This document shows positions 23,197 through 32,000 of a stretch of 32,000 bases of DNA, piece by piece. Origin of the DNA: Candidatus Cloacimonadota bacterium. Lineage in GTDB: Bacteria > Cloacimonadota > Cloacimonadia > G963667145. The position numbers were made by a program, and so were the translations under genes. The notes beneath the pieces are model-generated. The model was not told where the DNA came from, ran no database searches, and saw nothing but the letters and a program-made list of their open reading frames with translations. Every line of letters starts with the position of its first letter. Position 1 is the stretch's first letter. The stretch covers positions 1-32,000 of the forward strand of contig OY781061.1 of assembly GCA_963676515.1 (NCBI GenBank). The letters run 5' to 3'.

Positions 23197-23484
23197 ATGA
23201 CAAAAGCAAACTTGGTTCAAAAGATTTCTAGAGACACAGGAATTATCAGAAAAGATGTTGCGATAGTAGTAGACGCTTTTTTAGAGTCAACTATTGAAAG
23301 TTTAAAAGAGGGGAATCACATCGAAATTAGAGGATTTGGTACTTTTAAAAACAAAGTAAGGAAAGCTGGTATTGGTAGAAATCCAAAAACTGGGGTAGAA
23401 GTTGATATTCCTGCTAGGGTTGTGCCAACTTTTAAATTTTCCAAATCTTTTAAAGATGATGTAATCAACAGTAATAAAGCTTAA
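23197..23484 (+). CDS. hup: HU/IHF-family DNA-binding protein
   Basis: Contains the GFGTF....R.AR.GRNP.TGE...IPA..VP.FK.S..FK-type signature in a 95-aa protein. Confidence 0.9.
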   Translation: MTKANLVQKISRDTGIIRKDVAIVVDAFLESTIESLKEGNHIEIRGFGTFKNKVRKAGIGRNPKTGVEVDIPARVVPTFKFSKSFKDDVINSNKA

Positions 23485-23500
23485 GACAGGAGAGATATAA

Positions 23501-23596
23501 ATGCCTTGTGGAAGAAAAAGAAAAAGAAATAAAATAAGTACTCACAAAAGAAAAAAAAGACTTCGTAAAGATAGACACAAAAAGAAAAATAAATAG
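23501..23596 (+). CDS. 31-aa hyper-basic micro-protein, likely ribosomal protein bS22 family
   Basis: Not in the ORF track. ATG 23501 is preceded by AGGAGAG (23488-23494, 8-nt spacing from the GGAG core). Translation is MPCGRKRKRNKISTHKRKKRLRKDRHKKKNK*. It sits between the HU stop codon and the shared terminator. The HKRKK.LRK.RHKKK core resembles bS22 and the mitochondrial mS38 (AURKAIP1/Cox24) C-terminal motif as I recall it. Confidence 0.6.
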   Translation: MPCGRKRKRNKISTHKRKKRLRKDRHKKKNK

Positions 23597-23606
23597 TAAT
23601 AGATAA

Positions 23607-23643
23607 GCTCCTTAGTTTTTATCAAGCTAGGGAGCGTTTTTTT
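23607..23643 (+). terminator. Probable terminator after HU and the micro-ORF
   Basis: GCTCCTTAG...CTAGGGAGC (9 bp including one G-U pair, 11-nt loop) followed by T7. It abuts the next ATG. Confidence 0.62.
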
Positions 23644-24417
23644 ATGAAAAAGAGTATTTTAACACTAGCAAATATTTTATTTTTTGGTAGTGCTTTTTGT
23701 TTTTTAGTCCCAGAAAAACTCACTTTCTCTCTTGAGTATGGTTTGATTACTGCTGGCGAGGCAACTTTGAGCATTAGTGAAGACTCTTATAGCGATTTTC
23801 TGTTTAACAATGGGGACACTATTAGTGTCTATAAAATTGTGTCTACAGCCAAGACTAACGATTTTTTTGATGTTTTTTATAAGGTGCGTGATACGATAGT
23901 TTCGATCTGGGGACAAGAAAAAAAGCTTCCCTTGGAGTTTAGCAAAGAGCTAAGCGAAGGGAGTTATAAGCAGAAAAGAACTCATTATTATTTCCATGAC
24001 AAAAAATTAAGCTTGTACAAAAAATACGATTTCAAAAAAAAAAAGTATAAAGACAAAATGATGAAGATTTCTAAAGAGACTCAAGATATACTTTCTTGTT
24101 TTTATCTGACAAGGTTACAAGATTTTGAAAGCCATCTTTTGACTAAAAAACCTTTCTATATAAATGTTGCTGCGGATGGAGACAATTACATTGCCAAAGC
24201 TATTTTTTTGGGAAAAAAGAGTATTTATTCTCCGCTATATGATGAAGATATCGAATGTTACAAGGTTCGTCCTATTTTAGCCAGTAACGCTTTATTCAAA
24301 AATGAGGGAAAAATATTTATCTACATGACAGCAGATGAGCGAAAATTGCCTATTTTGTTAGAAAGCGAGTGTATATTTGGCAAGTTTAAAGCTGTTTTGC
24401 GAAAGGTGGAACAATAA
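23644..24417 (+). CDS. DUF3108-domain secreted or outer-membrane-associated protein
   Basis: Signal peptide followed by the motif L.FSLEYGLITAGEATLSI and a beta-rich remainder typical of DUF3108. Confidence 0.68.
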   Translation: MKKSILTLANILFFGSAFCFLVPEKLTFSLEYGLITAGEATLSISEDSYSDFLFNNGDTISVYKIVSTAKTNDFFDVFYKVRDTIVSIWGQEKKLPLEFSKELSEGSYKQKRTHYYFHDKKLSLYKKYDFKKKKYKDKMMKISKETQDILSCFYLTRLQDFESHLLTKKPFYINVAADGDNYIAKAIFLGKKSIYSPLYDEDIECYKVRPILASNALFKNEGKIFIYMTADERKLPILLESECIFGKFKAVLRKVEQ

Positions 24418-24449
24418 ATTATCTAAGCACTAAAAGTTATTACTTTGAT

Positions 24450-25451
24450 TTGCCTGAAACACAAATAGCCCAAAATCCTCCCGAAGTAAGAGGGCAGAGC
24501 AGGTTAATGTTTCTAGACAAAAACAGTGGTAACTGCCAAGATTTGCAGTTTTCCCAAATCGATAAATTTTTCTGTGCTGGAGATTTGTTGGTACTAAACC
24601 AAAGCAAGGTGATCCCAGCCCGCCTTTTTGGCAAGAAGACAACAGGAGCTTCTATCGAACTTTTTTTATTGAAAGAGCTAAAGGGTGATGTCTGGCAATG
24701 CCTGCTGCGACCTGCTTCCCGATTAAAAGTCGGGCACATGGTGCTTTTGGATGAGGGATTAAAAGCAGAAGTACTTAGTAAAGATGGGCAGGTAAACACC
24801 GTGAAATTTTTTGCTCCTGACAACCAAAATGTAAGGCTCTGGATAGACAAGGTGGGTAAGATGCCACTGCCTCCGTATATCAAAAGGAATGCCAAGGAAA
24901 GCGACAAAACAAGATACCAAACAATTTATGCTAAAGAGGATGGCTCCGTAGCCGCACCCACTGCTGGTTTGCACTTTACTCAAGAGATGTTAGAGAAGCT
25001 CGAGGAGAAAGGCGTAAAAATAGCTTTCGTTACTTTGCATGTAGGTCTTGGAACTTTTTTACCCGTCAGTACTAGCAATATCTTGGAACATAGGATGCAC
25101 AGCGAATTTTGCAAGATAGATGATCAGAGTGCTACACTAATAAACGAAACAAAGAAAAAGGGTAACAGAGTAATAGCCGTAGGCTCCACATCTGTGCGAA
25201 CTTTGGAAAGTTTCGCTGTAACTGAAGGGAAAGTTGACTCTGGATATAAAGATACAGATATTTTTTTGTATCCAGGCAAAAAGTTTCAGATTATAGATGG
25301 ATTGATTACCAATTTTCACCTGCCAGAATCAACCTTAATTATGATGGTGGCTGGTTTTGCAGGCTATGAGAACACTCTTAACGCTTACAAAAGTGCGGTA
25401 AAAAAAAAGTATAGATTTTTTAGCTATGGTGATGCCATGCTGATATTATGA
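24450..25451 (+). CDS. queA: S-adenosylmethionine:tRNA ribosyltransferase-isomerase
   Basis: Motifs IAQ.P...R..SRL, PLPPYIKR, YQT.YA...GSVAAPTAGLHFT, HVG.GTF.PV, AVG.TS.R.LES, TNFHLP.STL.M.V, and RF.SYGD.M. The 5' end is uncertain (see finding). Confidence 0.92.
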   Translation: MPETQIAQNPPEVRGQSRLMFLDKNSGNCQDLQFSQIDKFFCAGDLLVLNQSKVIPARLFGKKTTGASIELFLLKELKGDVWQCLLRPASRLKVGHMVLLDEGLKAEVLSKDGQVNTVKFFAPDNQNVRLWIDKVGKMPLPPYIKRNAKESDKTRYQTIYAKEDGSVAAPTAGLHFTQEMLEKLEEKGVKIAFVTLHVGLGTFLPVSTSNILEHRMHSEFCKIDDQSATLINETKKKGNRVIAVGSTSVRTLESFAVTEGKVDSGYKDTDIFLYPGKKFQIIDGLITNFHLPESTLIMMVAGFAGYENTLNAYKSAVKKKYRFFSYGDAMLIL

Positions 25452-28183
25452 ATAAGTTCTCAGATAGTCATCCGTTTTGGGTCGCCAAGATGCAAGACTC
25501 TATTGACTTGCTGGGCAAACCCATTGCTATAACTGTTTTTTTTTGGAATAAAGGTAAAGTAAGCAAAAAGAAAAAATTCCTGCTAGCTACTCAAAAAATT
25601 GAAGACTTTAATAAAATTCCGTTCGACAAATTGCCTACGACCAGTCAAATAAATAAAGCTTGCCAAGAGATAAAAGATATTTGTGAAGATTGTCCACTAT
25701 ATGTTTTTGCCGATTTGGGATTAAAAGAGTTTTTAGAAGAAAAGTGTTTTATCAATTTTTTGCTGTTTTCTAAAGCTGTGTTCCCTTTTTTGAGTTCTCA
25801 TACTTTGTTCTCATTGGCAGAGAGGTTTGAAGTAAAAGAAAAAGTTGCCAAAGAGGATAAAAATCACTTTGCCTTGCTAGCTGGTCTTGTGATGGCTACA
25901 CTCGATTATATCCAAGAAAAATTCCCCCCTGAGCTGTGTAGATATATGGGTGAAATTGGCACAGAGGCTAAGATCCCAGGGGCAGAGCTTTTTCAGCAAA
26001 TGTCTAATTTTTTGATCTCACAAAGCGTACTAAGCAGCTTTAGTCTCAAAAAATATCAGAAAGATGTGAACTATTTTGAACATATTGTTGAAGAAGAAAA
26101 AAGTTTTACCTTAGAAAGCATTTTCAAAAAAGGTGGGGTACTCAGCAAAAAATTTTCTCAATATCAAACTAGAAAACCGCAAATACAAATGGCAAAAAAT
26201 GTGCTGAACGCTTTTAAGAAAAAACAAGTATTGCTAGCTGAAGCTGGTACTGGCACGGGTAAGTCTTTAGCTTATTTAGCACCATCTTTGATTTATGCTC
26301 GTAGCTCAGGTAAGCAAGTGGTAGTCTCTACTAATACGATCAACCTACAAAAACAATTGATGAAAAAAGATGTGCCATTATTGATGGGCAGCCTGCCTCT
26401 TAGTTTTAGAGTTGCTTTGCTCAAAGGCAGAGGGAACTATCTCTGTTTGCAGAAGTTCAATCAGATAAAAAACGACCATTTCGAGCTCGGGCAAAAAGAG
26501 CTTTCTCAACTGTTTTTGATGTTACCATGGGCATGGTTCACCGCCACAGGTGACATTAGTTATCACAGCGGATTCAGCACAAATCTACGGATATGGAGTA
26601 GAGTGTGCAGTGACTCTAATTTTTGCCTGAAAAGAAAATGTTCTTATTTCAAAGATTGCTTTTTGTACAAGGCCAGAGCCCAAGCTACTAAAAGCGATGT
26701 AGCGATAATTAACCATTCACTTTTATTAACAGAATTATTGAATGAGATGCCCACTCTCACTCAAGCAGAGTGCATAGTGGTGGACGAGGCTCACAATCTA
26801 CACAATATCGCCTTGTCTTACTTAGGTCCACAAGTCAGCTACAACCAGATAAGTAAATTTTGGGATTCTCTTTATAGTAGCAAAAGTCGCTTTCAGAAAG
26901 GGTTTATTACCTTGCTAAAATCTAAACTGTCTGCTTCCAAAATCTCGGCAGAAGATAAAAAATTGCTAAATAAAGTTGTAAAAGATTTAACTAAGAAAGC
27001 AAGAGACAACAGCTCTGCGCAAGATCTTTATAGTAAGATTTTTGCCTTTTTTAGTGAAAAATCCAGTTATGGCAAACTTAGAGTCAAAAAATCGCTTTGT
27101 GATCTTGAGTTGCAAATTTTGGTAAAGGATTTACAAAGTTTGCACAGCGATTTGAATTTTTTGGCTAATTTGCTGGAACAACAAGACAATGCACTTTTCG
27201 TAGATTACGATATGATTACAGATCAACTAAAGAAAATAAAAGAGAGCACTGAAAGCTTTTTGAGTTTTTTTTCGACTTTACTGAAGCCAGACTGGGAAAA
27301 CTATTGTTTGTGGCTAAACGGTGGAGAAAATTTCTACTCGCTTTGTATAAACTACACGCCTATTCAGATTGGGGAGAAGCTTAAGGAAATCTTTTACGAC
27401 CGCATAGATTCGCTGGTTTTTTGCTCTGCTACCATTGCCCTGCGAGGCAAATTCAAATTTTTCGAAAACAGAATGGGCTTAGATTTGTTAGAAAACCAAG
27501 AAAGAGTAAAAAAACAGACCGTAGAATCACCATTTGATTATAAAAAACAAAGTAAAGTTTTTGTGCCTAAAGGATTACAACAACCAGGGACAGAGCTAGG
27601 CAGAGAAGAAATTTTGGGTAACATATTGGCTGTACTCCAAGAGAACCAAGTGGGATGTTTAATCCTTTTTACCTCTTTGTTCGATGTCAAAAAAGCACGC
27701 GATTTTTTGCTAAACAAACTTAAAAATAGGCTTATTTTGGCTCAAGATGGCTCGAAAAGTAGAGAATCTTTGCTGGAAGAGTTTAGCAAAGAAAAAACAA
27801 GTATATTGCTAGCGACTAGCTCTTTTTGGGAAGGAGTGGATGTTCCTGGACACGCTCTGCAACTTCTCATACTGTATAAGTTGCCTTTCGCCGTGCCGAG
27901 TGATCCTTTAGTAGAAGCTAGCTTGGAGTTCTTGCAAAAACACAATAAAAACTCTTTTATGCATTATATGCTACCCATGGCTTTGCTAAAGTACAAACAA
28001 GGATTTGGACGACTAATCCGCTCACAAGAAGATTATGGAATCCTAATCAGCTATGACAATAGGATTTTTACCAAGAAATATGGGGAGTATTTTAGTTTGA
28101 TTTTGCCGACGGACTCCAATTTTATTGACCATAAAGATTTACCTAGCAAAGTTAAAGATGTTTTACAAGAGCAAGCCAAATGA
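25448..28183 (+). CDS. dinG: DinG/XPD-family ATP-dependent DNA helicase with an N-terminal exonuclease-like domain
   Basis: Walker A AEAGTGTGKS, DEAH box VVDEAHNL, a four-Cys Fe-S cluster segment (RVCSDSNFCLKRKCSYFKDC), and the C-terminal helicase motifs SFWEGVD and QG.GRLIR. The start overlaps the queA stop (ATGA). Confidence 0.86.
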   Translation: MNKFSDSHPFWVAKMQDSIDLLGKPIAITVFFWNKGKVSKKKKFLLATQKIEDFNKIPFDKLPTTSQINKACQEIKDICEDCPLYVFADLGLKEFLEEKCFINFLLFSKAVFPFLSSHTLFSLAERFEVKEKVAKEDKNHFALLAGLVMATLDYIQEKFPPELCRYMGEIGTEAKIPGAELFQQMSNFLISQSVLSSFSLKKYQKDVNYFEHIVEEEKSFTLESIFKKGGVLSKKFSQYQTRKPQIQMAKNVLNAFKKKQVLLAEAGTGTGKSLAYLAPSLIYARSSGKQVVVSTNTINLQKQLMKKDVPLLMGSLPLSFRVALLKGRGNYLCLQKFNQIKNDHFELGQKELSQLFLMLPWAWFTATGDISYHSGFSTNLRIWSRVCSDSNFCLKRKCSYFKDCFLYKARAQATKSDVAIINHSLLLTELLNEMPTLTQAECIVVDEAHNLHNIALSYLGPQVSYNQISKFWDSLYSSKSRFQKGFITLLKSKLSASKISAEDKKLLNKVVKDLTKKARDNSSAQDLYSKIFAFFSEKSSYGKLRVKKSLCDLELQILVKDLQSLHSDLNFLANLLEQQDNALFVDYDMITDQLKKIKESTESFLSFFSTLLKPDWENYCLWLNGGENFYSLCINYTPIQIGEKLKEIFYDRIDSLVFCSATIALRGKFKFFENRMGLDLLENQERVKKQTVESPFDYKKQSKVFVPKGLQQPGTELGREEILGNILAVLQENQVGCLILFTSLFDVKKARDFLLNKLKNRLILAQDGSKSRESLLEEFSKEKTSILLATSSFWEGVDVPGHALQLLILYKLPFAVPSDPLVEASLEFLQKHNKNSFMHYMLPMALLKYKQGFGRLIRSQEDYGILISYDNRIFTKKYGEYFSLILPTDSNFIDHKDLPSKVKDVLQEQAK

Positions 28184-28917
28184 GAAGGCTTAAACTAGTT
28201 CTAGAGTACGACGGGACAAACTATGTGGGAATGCAAAAACAGCTCAACGGTTTATCTATTCAAGAATTGGTGGAAAAGGCACTCGCTAAAATTTGCAAAG
28301 AGGAGATACAGATAACTCCTAGTGGGCGTACGGACGCTGGGGTTCATGCTCTTTATCAACCTGTGCACACAGACTTTCCTGTTGATTCCATTTCCCTTCA
28401 AAATCTGCAAAAAGCTCTGAACAGTTTATTTCCGCTAGACATAAGGGTACTCGGAATTTCTCAAGTGTCAAAAGATTTCCATGCTCGTTACGATGCCAAA
28501 ATAAGAACTTATCACTACAAAATTTGCAAAACAAAGACAGCCTTTAACCACAGATATTTTTCGCATTTCCCTTATTACGATTTGGACGGCAAACTTTTTC
28601 AACCTTATTTACAAAAGCTATTAGGAGAACATAGCTTTGTAAATTTTTGCAAAAAAAATCTCAATCTAAAGCATCATCGATGCACCATCTACAAAGCCGA
28701 TATAGAGAAAACAGATTACGGGTGGCTAATAGAGATATCAGGGAACAGATTTTTGCACAATATGATCAGACGAATCGTGGGAACTTGTTTAGTACTCTCT
28801 CTCGAAAAAGCCAAGCCAGAAAAAATTTCTAAGTTTCTGCTAGAAGAAGATATTCCTTCAAAATACAAATTCACCGCACCTGCTCAGGGGTTGTATTTGC
28901 AAGATGTCCAATATTGA
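28180..28917 (+). CDS. truA: tRNA pseudouridine(38-40) synthase
   Basis: Y.GT.Y.G.Q.Q, catalytic GRTDAGVHA, and RFL..M.R..VG motifs. ATGA overlap with the preceding gene. Confidence 0.93.
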   Translation: MRRLKLVLEYDGTNYVGMQKQLNGLSIQELVEKALAKICKEEIQITPSGRTDAGVHALYQPVHTDFPVDSISLQNLQKALNSLFPLDIRVLGISQVSKDFHARYDAKIRTYHYKICKTKTAFNHRYFSHFPYYDLDGKLFQPYLQKLLGEHSFVNFCKKNLNLKHHRCTIYKADIEKTDYGWLIEISGNRFLHNMIRRIVGTCLVLSLEKAKPEKISKFLLEEDIPSKYKFTAPAQGLYLQDVQY

Positions 28918-29111
28918 ATAATGAGACGAAATCATTCTTAAATATTGGGGTTAAAATTTTAAGCAAAAAAGAGCCAATTTTTAGCTAATCCAGCACTTTT
29001 TAGATATAAAAAAGAAACTTGACACCAACCTTCAAATTGAGCTTTTTGTCCAAAATACAATTTTTCAGTTTCCCTTGTGTGGATGACTGATTTTAGAGAA
29101 AAGGTCAATAA

Positions 29112-30044
29112 ATGAATAAAGTAAAAGTTTTTGCTCCTGCCACTGTAGCCAACTTGTGTTCAGGTTATGACTTATTGGGCTTAGCTATAGATTTTCCTGG
29201 TGATGAGATAGTGCTGACTGCTAAAAAAGAGCCGGGGTTGGTGATAACCAAAATAGAGGGAGATGAGGGCAAATTGCCTTACGACCCCAAGAAAAACTGT
29301 GCTACGGTAGCGATGCAAGCTTACTTAGATTTTATGAATTCGCAAGAAGGGTTTGAAGTCGAGATTTACAAGAAAATGCCTATTGGTAGTGGACTTGGTT
29401 CCTCTTCGGCATCATCCGCAGCGGGAGTTTTTGCGGTCAATTACTTGCTAGGAGAGCCATTGAAAAGAGAAGAGCTAGTACAATTTGCTATTCAAGGCGA
29501 AAAAGTTGCTTGCGGCAGCGCACATGCGGACAATGTTGCCCCATCTTTGCTGGGAGGTATGATCTGCGTGAACTCTTACGACCCTTTGCACATTGAGCGA
29601 ATTAAGCTAGGACTCAACTTTTTTGTGGGAGTTGTGCATCCTGATATAGAGATAAAAACTGCGGACGCTAGAGCAGTCTTACCCAAGACGGTGCTGATCG
29701 CACAAGTGGTAAAACAAACGGGCTATCTTTCTTCTTTACTGCTAGGTCTTAGTCAAGGTGATGAGCAGATGATTAGCTTTGGATTGCAAGATAGCTTGGC
29801 AGAGCCATATAGAGCAGAGCTAATCCCAGGATTTTTGCAGGTTAAAAAGCTAGCCAAGGATTTAGGAGCTTTAGGATGCGGGATATCGGGCTCAGGACCA
29901 TCTATTTTTGTAGTTACGCAAAAGAAAGAGTTAGCTCAAGAAATTTGTAATAAGATAGCCGATATTTTTAAAAGCAGAAATATAAAAAGCGATACTTATT
30001 GCTCTGGCATAAACAAAGAAGGTGCTAAGGTAATATCTACCTAG
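29112..30044 (+). CDS. thrB: Homoserine kinase (GHMP family)
   Basis: VFAPAT.ANL..G.D.LG.A and the GHMP motif PIGSGLGSSSASSAA. 310 aa. Confidence 0.9.
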   Translation: MNKVKVFAPATVANLCSGYDLLGLAIDFPGDEIVLTAKKEPGLVITKIEGDEGKLPYDPKKNCATVAMQAYLDFMNSQEGFEVEIYKKMPIGSGLGSSSASSAAGVFAVNYLLGEPLKREELVQFAIQGEKVACGSAHADNVAPSLLGGMICVNSYDPLHIERIKLGLNFFVGVVHPDIEIKTADARAVLPKTVLIAQVVKQTGYLSSLLLGLSQGDEQMISFGLQDSLAEPYRAELIPGFLQVKKLAKDLGALGCGISGSGPSIFVVTQKKELAQEICNKIADIFKSRNIKSDTYCSGINKEGAKVIST

Positions 30045-30078
30045 TGTTTTAATTTTGATAGATAAAAAGGATTTTTTT

Positions 30079-30561
30079 ATGGATAAGTCTAAAGAAATTT
30101 TCCCAAAAGAGAAACGCAAGTTTCAATTTTACGAGAAGTTAAGAGAAAAATATAGTACAAGAAGAAACTCTAAATCTGAGCTGAAAAATATCAGTGATTA
30201 CCTTTTTCTTTTGCCCGATATTTTTATTTTGGTAAGTAGATTGGCTCTTGAAAAGAGATTATCAGTTGCAAATAAATTTTTTATGTCTGCTGTAGCGGCT
30301 TATTTTGTTCTGCCAATAGATATTATTCCCGATTTTATCCCCATTATTGGATTTCTGGACGATTTTATGGTAGCTATTTTTGCTTTTGATCGTCTGTTTA
30401 AAGAGGTAGACAACAAGATTATTTTGGATAACTGGAGCGGAGAAGAGGATATGCTAGAAATAACCAAAAGGGTGGTAGATATGGCAAACAAACAAGTTTC
30501 TGGTAAAATATTAGGGAAAATAAAAAATTTAGTAAACTCCAAAGGAGAAAAAAGTGAATAA
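30079..30561 (+). CDS. DUF1232 (YkvA-like) membrane protein
   Basis: Signature Y...P.D.IPDFIP..GFLDD. I prefer ATG 30079 (AAAGGA upstream) to the track's TTG 30055. Confidence 0.7.
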   Translation: MDKSKEIFPKEKRKFQFYEKLREKYSTRRNSKSELKNISDYLFLLPDIFILVSRLALEKRLSVANKFFMSAVAAYFVLPIDIIPDFIPIIGFLDDFMVAIFAFDRLFKEVDNKIILDNWSGEEDMLEITKRVVDMANKQVSGKILGKIKNLVNSKGEKSE

Positions 30562-31363
30562 GAAATTAGTTTGGGCTTTAATATCGATAGTTATTGCCGC
30601 TATCCTTATTTTTTCAGGGATAAAAATTTATTACAAAGTTAACCAAAAAGAGTGGTTAGCGATCGCAGGGAAAGCTACGAGTCAAGGAATGGAATTTCAA
30701 AACAAAGCAAAAATAAAAGAGGCTATAGTTGAATACGAAAAAGCTTTAGTTTATTATGGGCGTACGGTTGAAGATGACAATCAACTTTATATTGTTCTAT
30801 TTAACAATTTGGCTGGAGCTTATGGAGCAGATAAACAGTACGAAAAAGCAAAAAATTACTACGAAAAAGCTCTGGGACTTTATAAAAAACATAACGGGGA
30901 AAGACCTAGTGCTGTTTTTGCAAGTTTTTACAACAATATGGGCGGAGTTTATTTGGAAGAGAAAAAGTATCGTCTAGCGGGAGCAAACTTATTAAAATCT
31001 TTGGAAATCTTGAAAAGTTTACCTAAGAAAAGTAGGGACGATTTCGCCAGAATGGCAGCGTCTTTGACCAACTTGGGAGAGATATATAGAGACAATGCTG
31101 ATTTTTCCAATGCGATTAAATATTTCGGACAAGCTCTGCAGATAGATACGCAAAATATGGGAGAAGAAAGCATCGTAACTGCCGTGGATTACAACAATTT
31201 AGGGCTTGCCTATATGAACAACAAAGAGTATAAAAAATCTTTGAAAAATTACAAAAGTGCCTTGAAAATAGTGAAAAAACTAAATCCCAAGGATTTGAAT
31301 GTAAAAGTTCTGGAAAGCAATATTGAATATTTAAACAAGAAAATTGCTGAGGGAAAGAAGTAA
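30554..31363 (+). CDS. Membrane-anchored tetratricopeptide (TPR) repeat protein
   Basis: N-terminal TM helix (LVWALISIVIAAILIFSGI) followed by about 5 TPR-like repeats (..A...Y..AL.......G...P..A....NLG..Y). GTG start with AAGGAG RBS. Overlaps the upstream gene by 8 nt. Confidence 0.75.
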   Translation: MNKKLVWALISIVIAAILIFSGIKIYYKVNQKEWLAIAGKATSQGMEFQNKAKIKEAIVEYEKALVYYGRTVEDDNQLYIVLFNNLAGAYGADKQYEKAKNYYEKALGLYKKHNGERPSAVFASFYNNMGGVYLEEKKYRLAGANLLKSLEILKSLPKKSRDDFARMAASLTNLGEIYRDNADFSNAIKYFGQALQIDTQNMGEESIVTAVDYNNLGLAYMNNKEYKKSLKNYKSALKIVKKLNPKDLNVKVLESNIEYLNKKIAEGKK

Positions 31364-31366
31364 ATT

Positions 31367-31963
31367 GTGAAAAAAAGTTTCTTAATAGCATCAGGCAATA
31401 AACATAAAATCCAAGAGATTCAAAAGATTTTGTTCGCTTCTGACTGGGAAGTTTTGTCAGGATTAGATTTAAATTTGCCCGAAGTGGAAGAAGACCAAGA
31501 CAGTTTGGAGGGTAACTCTCTAAAAAAAGCAAAAACTGTGGCTCTTGCTACGGGGGAAGCCACTATCGCCGACGATACGGGGTTATTTGTGGAAGCGCTG
31601 GAAGGTAGACCGGGCATCTATGCAGCTAGGTACGCTGGTGAGAGATGTAATTTTGCAGATAATAGGAAGAAGCTACTGGCTGAGCTAAAAGATGTCCAAA
31701 CTCGCAACGCTTACTTTGCTACAGTTATTACTTTTTGTAATCCTAAAGGCGAAAAGATTTGTTCGTGCCAAGGAGTTATGAAAGGAGAGATTGCTATCAA
31801 AGAGGTAGGCAATCGTGGCTTTGGCTATGACAATATTTTTGTTCCGCAAGGTTACACAAAAACTTTGGGAGAGATGAGCGAAGAGATTAAAAACGAAATA
31901 AGCCATAGAGGCAAAGCTTTGAAAAAAATCTTTCCAGAGATTAAAAAATATTTTAAGCAATAG
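31367..31963 (+). CDS. rdgB: Non-canonical purine NTP (dITP/XTP) pyrophosphatase RdgB/HAM1
   Basis: Motifs A.GN.HK..E, E....F..N...KA, ADD.GL.V.AL.G.PG.Y.AR, FGYD.IF.P, and ISHRG.AL. Confidence 0.9.
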   Translation: MKKSFLIASGNKHKIQEIQKILFASDWEVLSGLDLNLPEVEEDQDSLEGNSLKKAKTVALATGEATIADDTGLFVEALEGRPGIYAARYAGERCNFADNRKKLLAELKDVQTRNAYFATVITFCNPKGEKICSCQGVMKGEIAIKEVGNRGFGYDNIFVPQGYTKTLGEMSEEIKNEISHRGKALKKIFPEIKKYFKQ

Positions 31964-31972
31964 GGATAAACA

Positions 31973-32000
31973 ATGAACAAAGAAATTTTTCGACAATACG
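31973..32000 (+). CDS. Start of an unidentified CDS truncated by the window edge (MNKEIFRQY...)
   Basis: An ATG 10 nt after the rdgB stop, with only 9 codons visible. 'IFRxYDIRG' is a common phosphohexomutase N-terminus, but only IFRQY is seen, so the product is a guess. Confidence 0.3.

Overview
The window is mostly a densely packed, ordinary core-genome region of a low-GC diderm bacterium (kdsA, RseP and a lipobox LysM protein are present). gdhA, an oadGAB-type Na+-translocating decarboxylase and a phosphate butyryltransferase suggest an anaerobic amino-acid fermenter. It may belong to an FCB-group or Cloacimonadota-like lineage, but that cannot be established without a database search. About 33 CDS, 2 tRNAs and several clean rho-independent terminators are supportable. 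Recognisable genes are gdhA (partial), rseP, obg, dprA, aroK, metK, a DEAD-box helicase, hisF, kdsA, hslO, ilvE, groEL, ddl, oadG/A/B, ptb, HU, queA, a DinG-like helicase, truA, thrB and rdgB. I found no defence island, prophage, transposase, CRISPR array, toxin-antitoxin pair or biosynthetic cluster, so I do not claim a novel multi-gene system. The one atypical stretch is the 1.4-kb non-coding gap at 680-2080 between divergent gdhA and a PPC-domain gene. It is a mosaic of two paralogous hairpin-bounded elements built from an exactly 120-bp-phased purine-rich tandem repeat (one extra unit in the second copy), two REP-like GTAG-plus-18-bp perfect palindromes, and a hairpin-dense central segment. 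Three features are missing from the ORF track: the partial gdhA, a 31-aa hyper-basic micro-ORF after the HU gene that looks like ribosomal protein bS22, and a 9-codon gene start at the right edge. Lesser leads are groEL without groES behind a CIRCE-like operator, an orphan hisF co-oriented with kdsA-hslO, a DinG helicase whose N-terminal exonuclease-like domain seems to lack the acidic catalytic residues, conserved QueA residues upstream of its first canonical start codon, and a structured metK leader. All functional calls rest on my own reading of motifs; no searches were run.
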